Source of the DNA: an uncultured Gemmatimonadaceae bacterium
Lineage (GTDB): Bacteria; Gemmatimonadota; Gemmatimonadetes; Gemmatimonadales; Gemmatimonadaceae
Assembly: GCA_963716745.1 (NCBI GenBank)
Contig: OY970320.1
Span: forward strand, 2,912,001-2,976,000
Direction: 5' to 3'
Length of the DNA stretch: 64,000 nt
Numbering within the stretch: position 1 is the first letter of the stretch; every line of letters starts with the position of its first letter. Below are positions 21,696 to 31,380 of the stretch, in pieces. The translations under genes were made by a program, and so were the position numbers. A model generated the notes under the pieces. That model made no database searches and was not told the DNA's origin. It saw only the letters and a program-made list of their open reading frames with translations.

Positions 21696-22130
21696 TCGAC
21701 GAGTTCACCCGCTACCTGCGCGCGCACAATCTGCCGGTCACGCCGCAGCGCCTGGCGGTCGCCGAGATACTCTTGATGCGCGACCGCCACTTCAGCGCGG
21801 ACGAAGTCGCGCAGGAGCTCGCGCGGAACGGCTCGAAGATCGGCACGGCGACCATTTATCGAACCCTCGAGGTGCTCGTGAAGAGCGGGCTCGTGGTGGA
21901 GCGCGATTTCGGCGAGGGGTTCCGCCGCTTCGAGAGCGCGCGCGACATGCCGCAGCACGAGCACCTGCTTGTGCACGGTGTGCGGACGGGTCGTGGAATT
22001 CCAGGATGAGCGCCTCGAGCGCATGACCACCCTCATCGCCGAGTCCAAGCGATTCGCGCGCCAGCGCCACCGCCTCGTGATCTACGGCGTGTGCGAGAGC
22101 TGCCGCTCGGGACGCACGGTGCGCGCGTGA
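21677..22130 (+). CDS. fur: Fur family transcriptional regulator (frameshift near 21970)
   Basis: TPQRLAVAE, HFSADE, ATIYRTL, HEHL then C(TV)C and YGVCESC after removing one T. Confidence 0.9.
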
Positions 22131-22852
22131 ACGGTCCGTCCATCGGAGCGCTCGTCGCGTTCGGCGCGGGCGTCGTGAGCTTCCTCTCGCCCTGCGTGCT
22201 GCCACTCATCCCGAGTTACATCACGTTCATCACCGGCATGAGTCTCGACGAGGTGCAGCAGCATCGTCGCGCCGCCGTCGTGCATTCGCTGCTCTTCATC
22301 ACCGGCTTCACGATCATCTTCCTCCTGCTTGGCGCGTCGGCGAGCGCGCTCGGTCAGATCGCCTTCCGCGCGCGCGATTGGGTCGCGCGCCTGGGCGGCG
22401 TGCTGATCATCGTGTTCGGGCTGTATCTGCTCGGCGCATTCGACATCGCGCTCTTCAGCCGCGAGCGGCGCGTGCATCTCGCGAACAAACCGGCGGGCTA
22501 CCTCGGCACGCTGCTGGTGGGTCTCGCGTTCGGCGCGGGATGGACGCCGTGCATCGGCCCCATCCTCGGCGCGATCCTCACGTACACCGCGAGCACGGCC
22601 AGCCTGTCCAAAGGACTCTGGCTGCTGTTCGCGTACTCGATGGGATTGGCGGTGCCGTTCATCATCGCCGCCGCGATGGTCGACAAGTTCATCGACTGGT
22701 TCGCGCGCAACAAAGGCGTGATGCTCTGGATGAATCGCGTCGGCGGCGTGATCCTCGTGATCATCGGCGCGCTGCTCGTGACGAACGAATTCACCCTTCT
22801 CGCGAGCTACCTACAAGCCATGACGCCCGAATGGATTCGAAGCAGGATATAG
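22127..22852 (+). CDS. ccdA: Cytochrome c biogenesis protein CcdA
   Basis: SFLSPCVLPLIP and WTPCIGPILG motifs, 6 TM helices. Confidence 0.95.
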   Translation: MNGPSIGALVAFGAGVVSFLSPCVLPLIPSYITFITGMSLDEVQQHRRAAVVHSLLFITGFTIIFLLLGASASALGQIAFRARDWVARLGGVLIIVFGLYLLGAFDIALFSRERRVHLANKPAGYLGTLLVGLAFGAGWTPCIGPILGAILTYTASTASLSKGLWLLFAYSMGLAVPFIIAAAMVDKFIDWFARNKGVMLWMNRVGGVILVIIGALLVTNEFTLLASYLQAMTPEWIRSRI

Positions 22853-22869
22853 TCGGAAGGCAGTGTTTG

Positions 22870-22904
22870 GTCGTACGCGTTTAGCAGTTCTAAACGCGTA
22901 CGAC
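22870..22904. terminator. Perfect 15-bp hairpin between convergent ccdA and ggt
   Basis: GTCGTACGCGTTTAG-cagtt-CTAAACGCGTACGAC; followed by GTAGTT overlapping the ggt stop. Confidence 0.6.
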
Positions 22905-22917
22905 GAACGACCGTAGT

Positions 22918-24664
22918 TCAATATCCTGCCGCCCCGCCGCCCGTCCTGCGATCCACCACGCCTACCCATCCGTTCTTCGTGCGCTCGATCGCGAATGCAT
23001 CCGCAATGAAGCCCCGCGAGCCGAAGGTGGACACCAGCACAATGTGGCCCATCGCGGTGAGCGAGTCAATCACCGGCTGCTCCAGCGCGCCGGCTTCGTA
23101 GTGGATCGTGTCCGGGCGCGCCTGCTCGTGGATGCGCGGCGCGTTCATGGCCTCCAGCAGCGGCATGCGGTAGTCGATCACGCCGATCAGCACCTGCAGC
23201 ACCGCGGTGATGATGCGCGGTCCGCCGCGCGCGCCGAGCACCAGCGTCACGCGATTCGCGGAATCGAGCACGATCGTCGGCGCCATCGCGCTCAGCATGC
23301 GCTTCCCCGGCGCCACGGCGTTCCGCTCGCCCTGCACGAGGCCGTAGAGGTTCGGCTCGCCCGGCCGCACGGCGAAATCGTCCATCTCGTTGTTCAAGAA
23401 GAAGCCCGCGGCCGCGACGTACACGCCTGACCCGTACGATTCGTTGAGCGTGGTCGTGGTGGCCACCGCGTTCCCCTTGGCGTCCACGACGGAATAGTGC
23501 GTCGTGTGGACGCCCTCCGGGCTGCGGCTCTCTGCGCCGCCCGCTTGGTGTTGCTCGACGTTCGCTGTCGGCGTCGCGGAATCGCGGGAAATGCCGGCGG
23601 CGAGTGACCGCGCATACGCCTTGCTCACCAGCTGCGCGATCGGCACCGGAGAGAAATCCGGATCCGCCAGCTGCGAGTTCCGGTCCACGAACGCGCGGCG
23701 CAGCGCCTCCGCGAGCAGATGCGTCTCCATCGTGCCGCGCACCGGCGGCAGCGGGCCGAACGTCTCGAGGATGTTCAGCGTTTCGATCGTCGTCACGCCG
23801 CCCGACGACGACGGCGGCATCGAGATGATCGTGTAGCCGCGATAGGTGCCGATGAGCGGATCGCGCCACGCGGGGTGATAGCCCTTCAGGTCGGCCAGCG
23901 TGATGAGCCCGCCGTCTCGCTTCTGCGCATCGGCGATCGCTTGTGCGACCTCTCCCTGGTAGAATCCGCGCGCGCCATGCGCGGCGATCGCTTTGAGCGT
24001 CCGCGCGAGCGCGGGCTGCACGAGCTTCTGGCCGGCGGCGAGCGGTTTGCCGTTCGGCATAAGCAGCTTGGCGCCGGAGAATCGCCCGATCAGTCTCTGA
24101 CCGCTCGCGATCGAGTGCGCGAGCGCAGTGTCCACCACGAAGCCTTTCTCGGCGAGCCGGATCGCCGGCGCGATGACGCGCGCGAGCGGCAGATGTCCGA
24201 ACTCCGCGTGCGCCGTCGTGAGTCCCGCGACCGCGCCAGGAACCCCCGACGCGCGCGGCCCCACGATGCTCGCCTCGTTCGCGATGCTCGCGCTGTCCAT
24301 GTACATCTCGCGCGTCGCGGCCGCCGGCGCCATCTCGCGGTAGTCGAGCGCCGCCGTGCGGCCGTCGGCCATGCGGATCACCATGAAGCCGCCGCCGCCA
24401 ATGTTGCCCGCCTCCGGATACGTGACCGCGAGCGCGAAGCCCACCGCGACCGCGGCATCCACCGCGTTGCCGCCCTCCTTCAGGATCTCGACGCCCGCCG
24501 CGGTCGCGAGCTCGCTGTTCAATGCGATCATCGCGTGTGCGGCGTTCACCGCTTCGCCCGCGTTCGCGCGGGGAGTCGCCGCCGGCGCCTGCGCGCGCGC
24601 GGCGGTCACGATCGCGGCGGAAGCGAGGATCGGAACCGATGAACGTTCGTGTGATGGAATGCAT
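22918..24664 (-). CDS. ggt: Gamma-glutamyltransferase (signal peptide probably frameshifted)
   Basis: GGNAVDAAVA, GNIGGGGF, DYRE, nucleophile HTTHYSVVD, NNEMDDF, KRMLSAM; ATG at 24664 is out of frame with ORF 22918..24609. Confidence 0.93.
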
Positions 24665-24771
24665 GTGAACTCTCCCGGTTCTCTTGCGACGACTGCGCGG
24701 CGACGGGTAAGTTAGCCCGCGTGCCGTGGCGTTGCCACGCGCCGCGCGCTCCCCCTCTGCGATGAGCCGAT

Positions 24772-25689
24772 TTGTCCCCGTCGCCTGAAGATCCTCGACT
24801 CACCGAGCGCCGCAATCCGCGCACGACGCGCATCGATCTCGCGACCGCCGCGGAGATCGTACACCTCATGCTCGCGGAGGATCGTACGGTCGCGGACGCG
24901 GTCGCATCGCAGCGCGCCGAGATCGCACGCGCGATCGAGCTCGCGGAATCGGCGTTCCGCGACGGCGGCCGGCTCATCTACGCGGGCGCCGGCACCTCCG
25001 GCCGCCTCGGCGTGCTCGACGCGAGCGAGTGCCCGCCCACGTTTGGCACGGATCCCACAATGGTGGTCGGTGTCATCGCCGGCGGACTCGACGCGCTCAC
25101 GCGCTCGATGGAGGGCGCCGAGGATGTCGCCGCCGACGGCGCCGCCGCCATGACGAGGCTCGCGGTCGGCGCGCACGATTTTGTGGTCGGCATCGCCGCA
25201 TCGGGCACCACGCCCTACGTGCGCGGCGCGCTCGAGCGCGCGATGGAACTCGGCGCGCGCACCGCGATCCTCTCGTGCTCCACGCCGCCCGACGATCTCG
25301 TGAAGCGCGTGACCGTCGCGATCGTGCCGCTCACCGGACCCGAGGCGATCACCGGTTCCACGCGCCTCAAGGCCGGCACCGCCACGAAGCTGGTGCTCAA
25401 CATGATCTCCACCGGCGCCATGGTGCGCATCGGGAAGACGTACGAGAACCTGATGGTGGACCTGCGGCCAATGAGCGCCAAGCTCGTGGATCGTGGCGAG
25501 CGCATCGTGATGGAACTGTGCGGCGTCGAGCGCGCCGAGGCGAAACGGCTGATCGCGGCCGCCGGCGGGAGCGTGAAGACGGCGATCGTGATGCAGAAGC
25601 TCGGTGCGACGCGCGAGGTAGCGGAAGCGAAGCTGCGCGAGGCCGGCGGCGTGATCCGCGCCGCGCTCCCCGGCGCGAAGCGTGACTGA
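24772..25689 (+). CDS. murQ: N-acetylmuramic acid 6-phosphate etherase
   Basis: TERRNP, GAGTSGRLGVLDASECPPTFG, GIAASGTTPYV, GPEAITGSTRLKAGTATK. Confidence 0.97.
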   Translation: MSPSPEDPRLTERRNPRTTRIDLATAAEIVHLMLAEDRTVADAVASQRAEIARAIELAESAFRDGGRLIYAGAGTSGRLGVLDASECPPTFGTDPTMVVGVIAGGLDALTRSMEGAEDVAADGAAAMTRLAVGAHDFVVGIAASGTTPYVRGALERAMELGARTAILSCSTPPDDLVKRVTVAIVPLTGPEAITGSTRLKAGTATKLVLNMISTGAMVRIGKTYENLMVDLRPMSAKLVDRGERIVMELCGVERAEAKRLIAAAGGSVKTAIVMQKLGATREVAEAKLREAGGVIRAALPGAKRD

Positions 25690-26821
25690 CGCACCCACGG
25701 TCATCATCGGGTTGATGTCCGGCACGTCGGCGGACGGGATCACCGCCGCCGCCGTTCGGTTCATCGAGAACGGAAGTCCCGCACCCGACCTACAGCTGCT
25801 TGCGACCATCACGCGCGAGTACACGAACGCGCAGCGCGAGCGTCTGCTGCGTGCCGGCCTCGAGCAGCCGGCCGATGCGCTCACGCGGCTCGACTTCGAA
25901 CTCGGCGATTGGCTCGCCGACGCGGCGCGTGCGGTGATGACCGCGGCGCGGCTGCGCGGCACCGACGTGCGCGCGATCGCGTCGCACGGTCACACCGTGT
26001 GGCACGCCGGCGCGCGCGGAACGTGGCAGATCGGACAGGCCGCGGTGATCGCGGAGCGCACGGGGCTCGACGTCGTGAGCGATTTCCGCGTGCGCGATGC
26101 CGCGGCGGGCGGCCAGGGCGCGCCGCTCGTCGCGATCGCCGACACGCTCCTCTTCGCGGCGCCTGATCACGCACGCGCGCTCCAGAACATCGGCGGCATC
26201 GCGAATGTGAGCGTCGTGCCGGCGCGCGGCGGCGCGGATCTCGTGCTCGCCTTCGACACCGGTCCCGGCTGCGGCGTGATCGACGCGACGGTGCGACGGC
26301 TCGTTCCGTCGCTCGGTTACGATGTGGATGGAGCGATGGCGCTGCGCGGCACCGTGATCCCCGGCCCGGTGGATGCCGCGCTCGCGGACCCGTATTTCGC
26401 CGCGAAACCGCCCAAGAGCACGGGCCGCGAGAAGTTCAGCGCCGCCTACGCGAACGCGTTCGTCGAACGCTGCCTCGCCGCCGACCGAGCGGCGCGCCCC
26501 GAGGATATCGTCGCCACCGCGGTGTCACTCACGGCCCGGAGCATCGGTATCGCCTACCAGCGCTTCGTGCCGCCCGCCGTCGAGGACGTGCTGCTCTCCG
26601 GCGGCGGCGCGAACAATCCCGCGCTCGTGCGCGCCGTGCGCGATGCGCTCGCGCCGCGCACCGTGCGGCTCTTCAGCGAGGAATTCTTCGACGACGGCGC
26701 GAAGGAAGCGGTGGCGTTCGCGTTCCTCGGATGGCTCCACTTGGAGCGGCGCCCTGGGAATGTGCCGAGCGCCACGGGGGCGGCGGGGCCGAGAGTGTTG
26801 GGGAAGTTCACGCCGCGGTAG
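25682..26821 (+). CDS. anmK: Anhydro-N-acetylmuramic acid kinase
   Basis: GLMSGTSADG, SHGHT, DFR..D.AAGGQGAPL, NIGGIAN, FDTGPG, PKSTGRE, KEAVAFA. Confidence 0.96.
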   Translation: MTDAPTVIIGLMSGTSADGITAAAVRFIENGSPAPDLQLLATITREYTNAQRERLLRAGLEQPADALTRLDFELGDWLADAARAVMTAARLRGTDVRAIASHGHTVWHAGARGTWQIGQAAVIAERTGLDVVSDFRVRDAAAGGQGAPLVAIADTLLFAAPDHARALQNIGGIANVSVVPARGGADLVLAFDTGPGCGVIDATVRRLVPSLGYDVDGAMALRGTVIPGPVDAALADPYFAAKPPKSTGREKFSAAYANAFVERCLAADRAARPEDIVATAVSLTARSIGIAYQRFVPPAVEDVLLSGGGANNPALVRAVRDALAPRTVRLFSEEFFDDGAKEAVAFAFLGWLHLERRPGNVPSATGAAGPRVLGKFTPR

Positions 26822-26827
26822 ACGCTG

Positions 26828-26955
26828 AACGACCGGGAACCGGTTGCCGGGAACCGGTGATGAATAACAACGCATGGTGTCACGACGTCGCGAGATGTCG
26901 TCACCCCATGCGTTGTCATGCCACACCGGTTCCCGGCAACCGGTTCCCGGTCGTT
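26828..26955. repeat. Foldback element with perfect 32-bp arms plus inner stem
   Basis: AACGACCGGGAACCGGTTGCCGGGAACCGGTG (26828-26859) equals the reverse complement of 26924-26955; inner ACAACGCATGG/CCATGCGTTGT stem. Confidence 0.92.
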
Positions 26956-26961
26956 AGCAGT

Positions 26962-28395
26962 TCACCGCGGCGCGATCAGCGCCGCCAGTCTATCCGCCGG
27001 TACCGCGTACACGATGCGCCCCGCCGCTTCGCGCGCGCCGCCATATACGACGCCGATCACGCGGCCGTCCGTCGCGAACACTGGGCTCCCGCTCGATCCC
27101 TCGCCGGCGTACGCGTCCACCTGGAGCACATCGTCGAGATGCTTGCTCACGGTGCCCGCCACGAGCGTCGAGCGCGCGATGATCTTCGTGCCACTCCCCT
27201 CCATCGGCGTCTCGGTACCGAGCGGGTAGCCGATGATCGCCACCTGCGCGCCCACCGGAATGTCCGCGGTGTTGTGCGCGATACCGCCCACGACGGGATA
27301 TGTGCCCAATGCGTCGATCTGCAGCAGCGACAGGTCCGCATCGGTGCTCGAACGCACGACGTGCGCCGGCAGCCAATTCTTGGTATCGCTGAAGATGACG
27401 AGCACTTGCCGCGGTGTGTGTCCGTTGCTGTCGGTCACGAGATGCCGGTTGGTGACAATGAATCCCGCCGCGTTCACGCCGAACCCGCTGCCGCTGAAGC
27501 TGTGCCCATCGGGCCACTGCACCGCCACGAGCGCCACCGCGGGCCCGCTGCGCTGCACGATCGCGGGCCAGCCGATCGCCGCTGAGAGGATCTCGTGCCG
27601 CTTGGTCTCGCTCTTCGAGAGCTGGTTCGCGATCGCCTTCGCGTCTGACCCGCGCCCAGCGACCTTGAGTTGCGACTGCAGACTCTCGATCTCGAGCCGC
27701 GACGCGCTCAGCGCGGAATCGATCCCCGCCATCTGGCTGCTCATCGTGAGCACACGATCGGCGAGCACGTTCTGCAGACTGTCATTCTCCTGCCGCTTCG
27801 CGGCGAGCTCTGCGTACAACCGGTCGGAGTCGCGGCGCCCGATCCAGTACACCGTGATCAGCGCTGCCACGACGAGCAGTGCCGCAGCCACCGCCCAGCG
27901 CTTCAACTGCTGCGTATGCGCACGCACTGCTACCGCGATCCGCTCGGTCGTCGAGCCAGCGGCGCTCCGGGACGCACCTGCCCCCACGGGGCCCGTCTTC
28001 TCGAGTCGCATTCCGCGCAGCGCTGGGCTCGTCGAGCTCGGCGACTGCCTGGGGAATTCCGTCGTGTCGCGCACCATGTACGGCGGCGCGAGCAGCCGCA
28101 CGGCCACCTGCGGCCCGTGCGCGCCGAAAGTGAGCACGTCGCCGTCGCGCAGCACCCAATTTCCCGGGATCCGCGCGCCGTTCACGAACGTGCCGTTGGT
28201 GCTTTGCGTATCGCGCAGCACGTATTCCGCGTTCACGACCTCGATCTCGGCGTGGCGCGCGGAGACATCGAGATCGAGTTGTGCGTCGAAGCGGAAATCG
28301 CAGAGCGGATTCCGGCCGAGCGAGATGAGCGACTTCGCGAACTGCTCGCGCTGGCCGGCGCGCGCGCCGCGCAGCACCCGCAGCTCGAGCGTCAC
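26962..28395 (-). CDS. FHA domain - TM - coiled coil - trypsin-like serine protease
   Basis: FHA (LGR, VSARH, STNGTFVNG); TM; triad motifs TNRH, ADLSLL, GSSGSP. Confidence 0.92.
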   Translation of the reverse strand: MTLELRVLRGARAGQREQFAKSLISLGRNPLCDFRFDAQLDLDVSARHAEIEVVNAEYVLRDTQSTNGTFVNGARIPGNWVLRDGDVLTFGAHGPQVAVRLLAPPYMVRDTTEFPRQSPSSTSPALRGMRLEKTGPVGAGASRSAAGSTTERIAVAVRAHTQQLKRWAVAAALLVVAALITVYWIGRRDSDRLYAELAAKRQENDSLQNVLADRVLTMSSQMAGIDSALSASRLEIESLQSQLKVAGRGSDAKAIANQLSKSETKRHEILSAAIGWPAIVQRSGPAVALVAVQWPDGHSFSGSGFGVNAAGFIVTNRHLVTDSNGHTPRQVLVIFSDTKNWLPAHVVRSSTDADLSLLQIDALGTYPVVGGIAHNTADIPVGAQVAIIGYPLGTETPMEGSGTKIIARSTLVAGTVSKHLDDVLQVDAYAGEGSSGSPVFATDGRVIGVVYGGAREAAGRIVYAVPADRLAALIAPR

Positions 28396-29609
28396 GGCTT
28401 CTTCGTGCGCGCCGCGGTGTCGGTGGTATCGCTGGTCGTGGGCGCCATGGTCGCGTGCGGTCCGGTGCCGCGCAGCTGGCGCGCGAGCAGGAACAGTCCG
28501 AGGAGCACCAGCGTCGCGGCGAGCGCCGTGATCACGGCGCGCCGCGTGTCCATCGCGCCCAGCGGCGACTGGAACGGACGCTCAGGCGTGTCGCTCGGCG
28601 TCGCGGCAGCGCCGGAACTCGGCACCGATACCGGCAATGTGTGCCGATACGTCGGCGTCGTCGGTTCCTCCGGGCGCACAATGCCGCCCTGCGGCGTCGA
28701 CCCGGGCAGCGGATACACCGCGTGTCCCAAGCGATCCCCCGGGCCCGCCGGTTGCAGCCCCGATCCATCGATCTTCGCGACGATCGCGGTGATGTTGTCC
28801 GGCCCACCATTTTCGTTCGCGCGGTCTATCAACTGACGGCACGCGTCCACGAGATCGTCAGTGCCGGTCACGACCTCCGCGATCTCCTCCTTCTTCACGA
28901 GGCCGGAGAGACCGTCGGTGCAGAGGACGAGGATGTCGCCTTGCCGCATCTGCTGGTGCGTGAGGTCGATGCGCACGGTGGGCTCGGGTCCGAGCGCCTG
29001 CAGAATGATGTTGCGGCGCTCGCTCCGCTCCGCCTCTTCCTGCGTGAGCTCCCCCGCCTCCACCAGCCGCTGCATGAGCGACTGGTCCTTCGTGATCTGC
29101 ATCGCTTCCCCGTTCCGGATCACGTACGCGCGGCTGTCGCCCACCTGCGCCAGGTAGAGCGTGTCGCCCAAGAGTCCCGCGACGGTGGCGGTCGTACCCA
29201 GTCCGCGATGTTCGGGGTGTTCCAGCGCGTAGGCGAAGATCTTGGCGTTGGCGGCGTCGGTGGCGGCCTTCAGCGCGCTCGCGAAACCCTGCGGATCCAT
29301 GCGCTGGCTGTGCATCCAGCGTTCGCGCATCTCCTCGTACACCGTGTTGATCGCGAGATCGCTCGCGATCTCGCCCGCCGCGGCGCCGCCCAGCCCATCG
29401 GCCACCATGAACAGTGTGCCGCGGCCGCCCACGTGGTGCGTGCGCACTTCCGGCTGCAACGACGCGTTCTCCGACGAGAGATCCGCGACGAGGAACGAGT
29501 CCTCATTGTGGTCGCGCACGCGTCCGACATCGGTGCGGCCGAAGACGTGCACGATCACGTCCATCGGTGCCCCATCGGGGGCGTGGCCAGGATTGGAGGG
29601 CTCGCTCAC
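28392..29609 (-). CDS. PP2C/Stp1 family Ser/Thr phosphatase with C-terminal TM anchor
   Basis: TDVGRVRDHNED, VADGLGG, VGDSRAY, RNIILQALG, LCTDGL, GGPDNIT. Confidence 0.95.
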   Translation of the reverse strand: MSEPSNPGHAPDGAPMDVIVHVFGRTDVGRVRDHNEDSFLVADLSSENASLQPEVRTHHVGGRGTLFMVADGLGGAAAGEIASDLAINTVYEEMRERWMHSQRMDPQGFASALKAATDAANAKIFAYALEHPEHRGLGTTATVAGLLGDTLYLAQVGDSRAYVIRNGEAMQITKDQSLMQRLVEAGELTQEEAERSERRNIILQALGPEPTVRIDLTHQQMRQGDILVLCTDGLSGLVKKEEIAEVVTGTDDLVDACRQLIDRANENGGPDNITAIVAKIDGSGLQPAGPGDRLGHAVYPLPGSTPQGGIVRPEEPTTPTYRHTLPVSVPSSGAAATPSDTPERPFQSPLGAMDTRRAVITALAATLVLLGLFLLARQLRGTGPHATMAPTTSDTTDTAARTKKP

Positions 29610-29634
29610 AGCACCAACCTACGCAAAAGACGGC

Positions 29635-31380
29635 TCACTTGCACGTCAGATCGTAAAGTGAGGCGATCCCGCTGGCGTCGGGGTGCCGCTTGTCCCGCCG
29701 GATCCGCTCGAGGATATCGCATGCGCGCGTCTTCGCCGTGCTGTCCCCGTCCTTCTCGGCGCGCTGCAGCAGCGCCTCGCTCAAGTGGTACCATGCAGTC
29801 ACGCTGTCCTTCTGATTGGCGAGGTCGGGCATCGCCTTCCGGATCAGCGCGATCGCCATGTCGGGATGATCGTTCACGATCATCTGCGCGGCGCGGCGCA
29901 CTTCGTTGCGCGCGCGTTCGGGCGGCGTCTTGGCTGCGGCGTCGAGCGCGGGATCGGCGTCCGACGGCGCAGCTGGCGGGGCGGCCGGTGGTGACGCGGG
30001 CGGCGCGGCCGGCGGCGCCGCCGGAGGCTTCGCGTGCACGGGCGGCGGCGTCGGACGCACCGCCACGCGCACGGTCTCCACTTTCGGCGCCGGGATCGCC
30101 GCCTTCGTGTCGGCTACGGGCGCGGTCGTGTCCTGGTGCGCGGTGGTATCCAGCGGCCGCTGGAAATTCTGCGTCGGCGTGCCGATCGCCGACACCGCGT
30201 TCCTCCGCCCGGCCCGCACCATCACCGCTCCCACCACGAGCGCCGCGGCTACCACACCGCCGCCGATGATCATCCCGCGCGAGCGGCGGCGCGCCGGGGC
30301 CACGGCCGTGGACGGACGCGTGCTCGGCGCCGTCGTCGGCATCGCGCCCTTCGACGGCCGCCCCACGCGCGTCGCGGGCACCGCGCCGATCACTCGCGTC
30401 GCACCGTCGGCCTCGCTCTCGATCGCCGGCATCCCCTCCACCGCGGCGGCGAACGCCGAGGCGAACTCGCCCGCCGTCGCCGGACGCGATGCCGCTTCGC
30501 GCGACAGTCCGCGCTCCATCACCGCCTCCAGCGCCGGCGGCCAGGGGACGTCCGGCCGCGTCTCCGCGAGCGTGAACGGCCGGTCGGTGAGGCGCCGGAT
30601 CATCGTCTCCTGCGCCGACCCCTCGGCGTACGGAAGCGTCCCCGTGAGCATATGGAACGCGACGAGCGCGAGCGCGAACGTGTCGCTGCGCGAATCCACG
30701 GCGTCGCCCGCGAGTTGTTCCGGCGACATGTATTCCGGAGTTCCCACCACGAGTCCGGTCTTCGTCACTTTCTGCCCCGTGCCGTGCGCCGACTTCGCGA
30801 TGCCGAAGTCCACCACTTTCACGAGATCGCTGCCGTCGCGATTGCGGGCGATCATGATGTTGTCGGGCTTGAGATCGCGGTGGATGATCCCGCGCTCGTG
30901 CGCCGCATCCAGCGCGCTGGCCGTCTGCTTGATGATCGACGCCACGCGCGCGGGCGGCAGCGTGCCCGCGATCTCGACGATCGACGTGAGCGGCGCGCCC
31001 TCGACGTATTCCATCGCGAGGTAGATCAGCCCATCGCTCGTCTCGCCGAAATCATAGATCGCCGCGACGTTCGGATGCGTGATGCGGCTCGCGTTCGCCG
31101 CCTCGCGATTGAACCGGCTGATCGCATCGGCGTCCTGCATCATGCCGGGCGTCATCACTTTGATCGCGCTGGGCCGCCCCATCTTCACGTGCTCGGCCAG
31201 GAACACCTGGCCCATGCCGCCTTCGCCGAGCTTCTTGAGGATGTGATAACGGTCGGCGATCACTGCGCCGATGAGCGCGGCACCCGGCGGCACCCGCAGC
31301 GTGGTGCCGTCCTTCGGGCAGAACTTGATCTCGGCGTCGTATTCTGAGCCGCACTGCGGACAGATCCGCACTGCGCTCAA
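29635..31380 (-). CDS. Membrane-anchored Ser/Thr protein kinase with N-terminal zinc ribbon
   Basis: CPQC..CPKDG; LGEGGMGQV, HRDLKPDN, DFG, GTPEYMSPEQ; TM, Pro-rich linker, helical C-terminal domain. Confidence 0.95.
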   Translation of the reverse strand: MSAVRICPQCGSEYDAEIKFCPKDGTTLRVPPGAALIGAVIADRYHILKKLGEGGMGQVFLAEHVKMGRPSAIKVMTPGMMQDADAISRFNREAANASRITHPNVAAIYDFGETSDGLIYLAMEYVEGAPLTSIVEIAGTLPPARVASIIKQTASALDAAHERGIIHRDLKPDNIMIARNRDGSDLVKVVDFGIAKSAHGTGQKVTKTGLVVGTPEYMSPEQLAGDAVDSRSDTFALALVAFHMLTGTLPYAEGSAQETMIRRLTDRPFTLAETRPDVPWPPALEAVMERGLSREAASRPATAGEFASAFAAAVEGMPAIESEADGATRVIGAVPATRVGRPSKGAMPTTAPSTRPSTAVAPARRRSRGMIIGGGVVAAALVVGAVMVRAGRRNAVSAIGTPTQNFQRPLDTTAHQDTTAPVADTKAAIPAPKVETVRVAVRPTPPPVHAKPPAAPPAAPPASPPAAPPAAPSDADPALDAAAKTPPERARNEVRRAAQMIVNDHPDMAIALIRKAMPDLANQKDSVTAWYHLSEALLQRAEKDGDSTAKTRACDILERIRRDKRHPDASGIASLYDLTCK

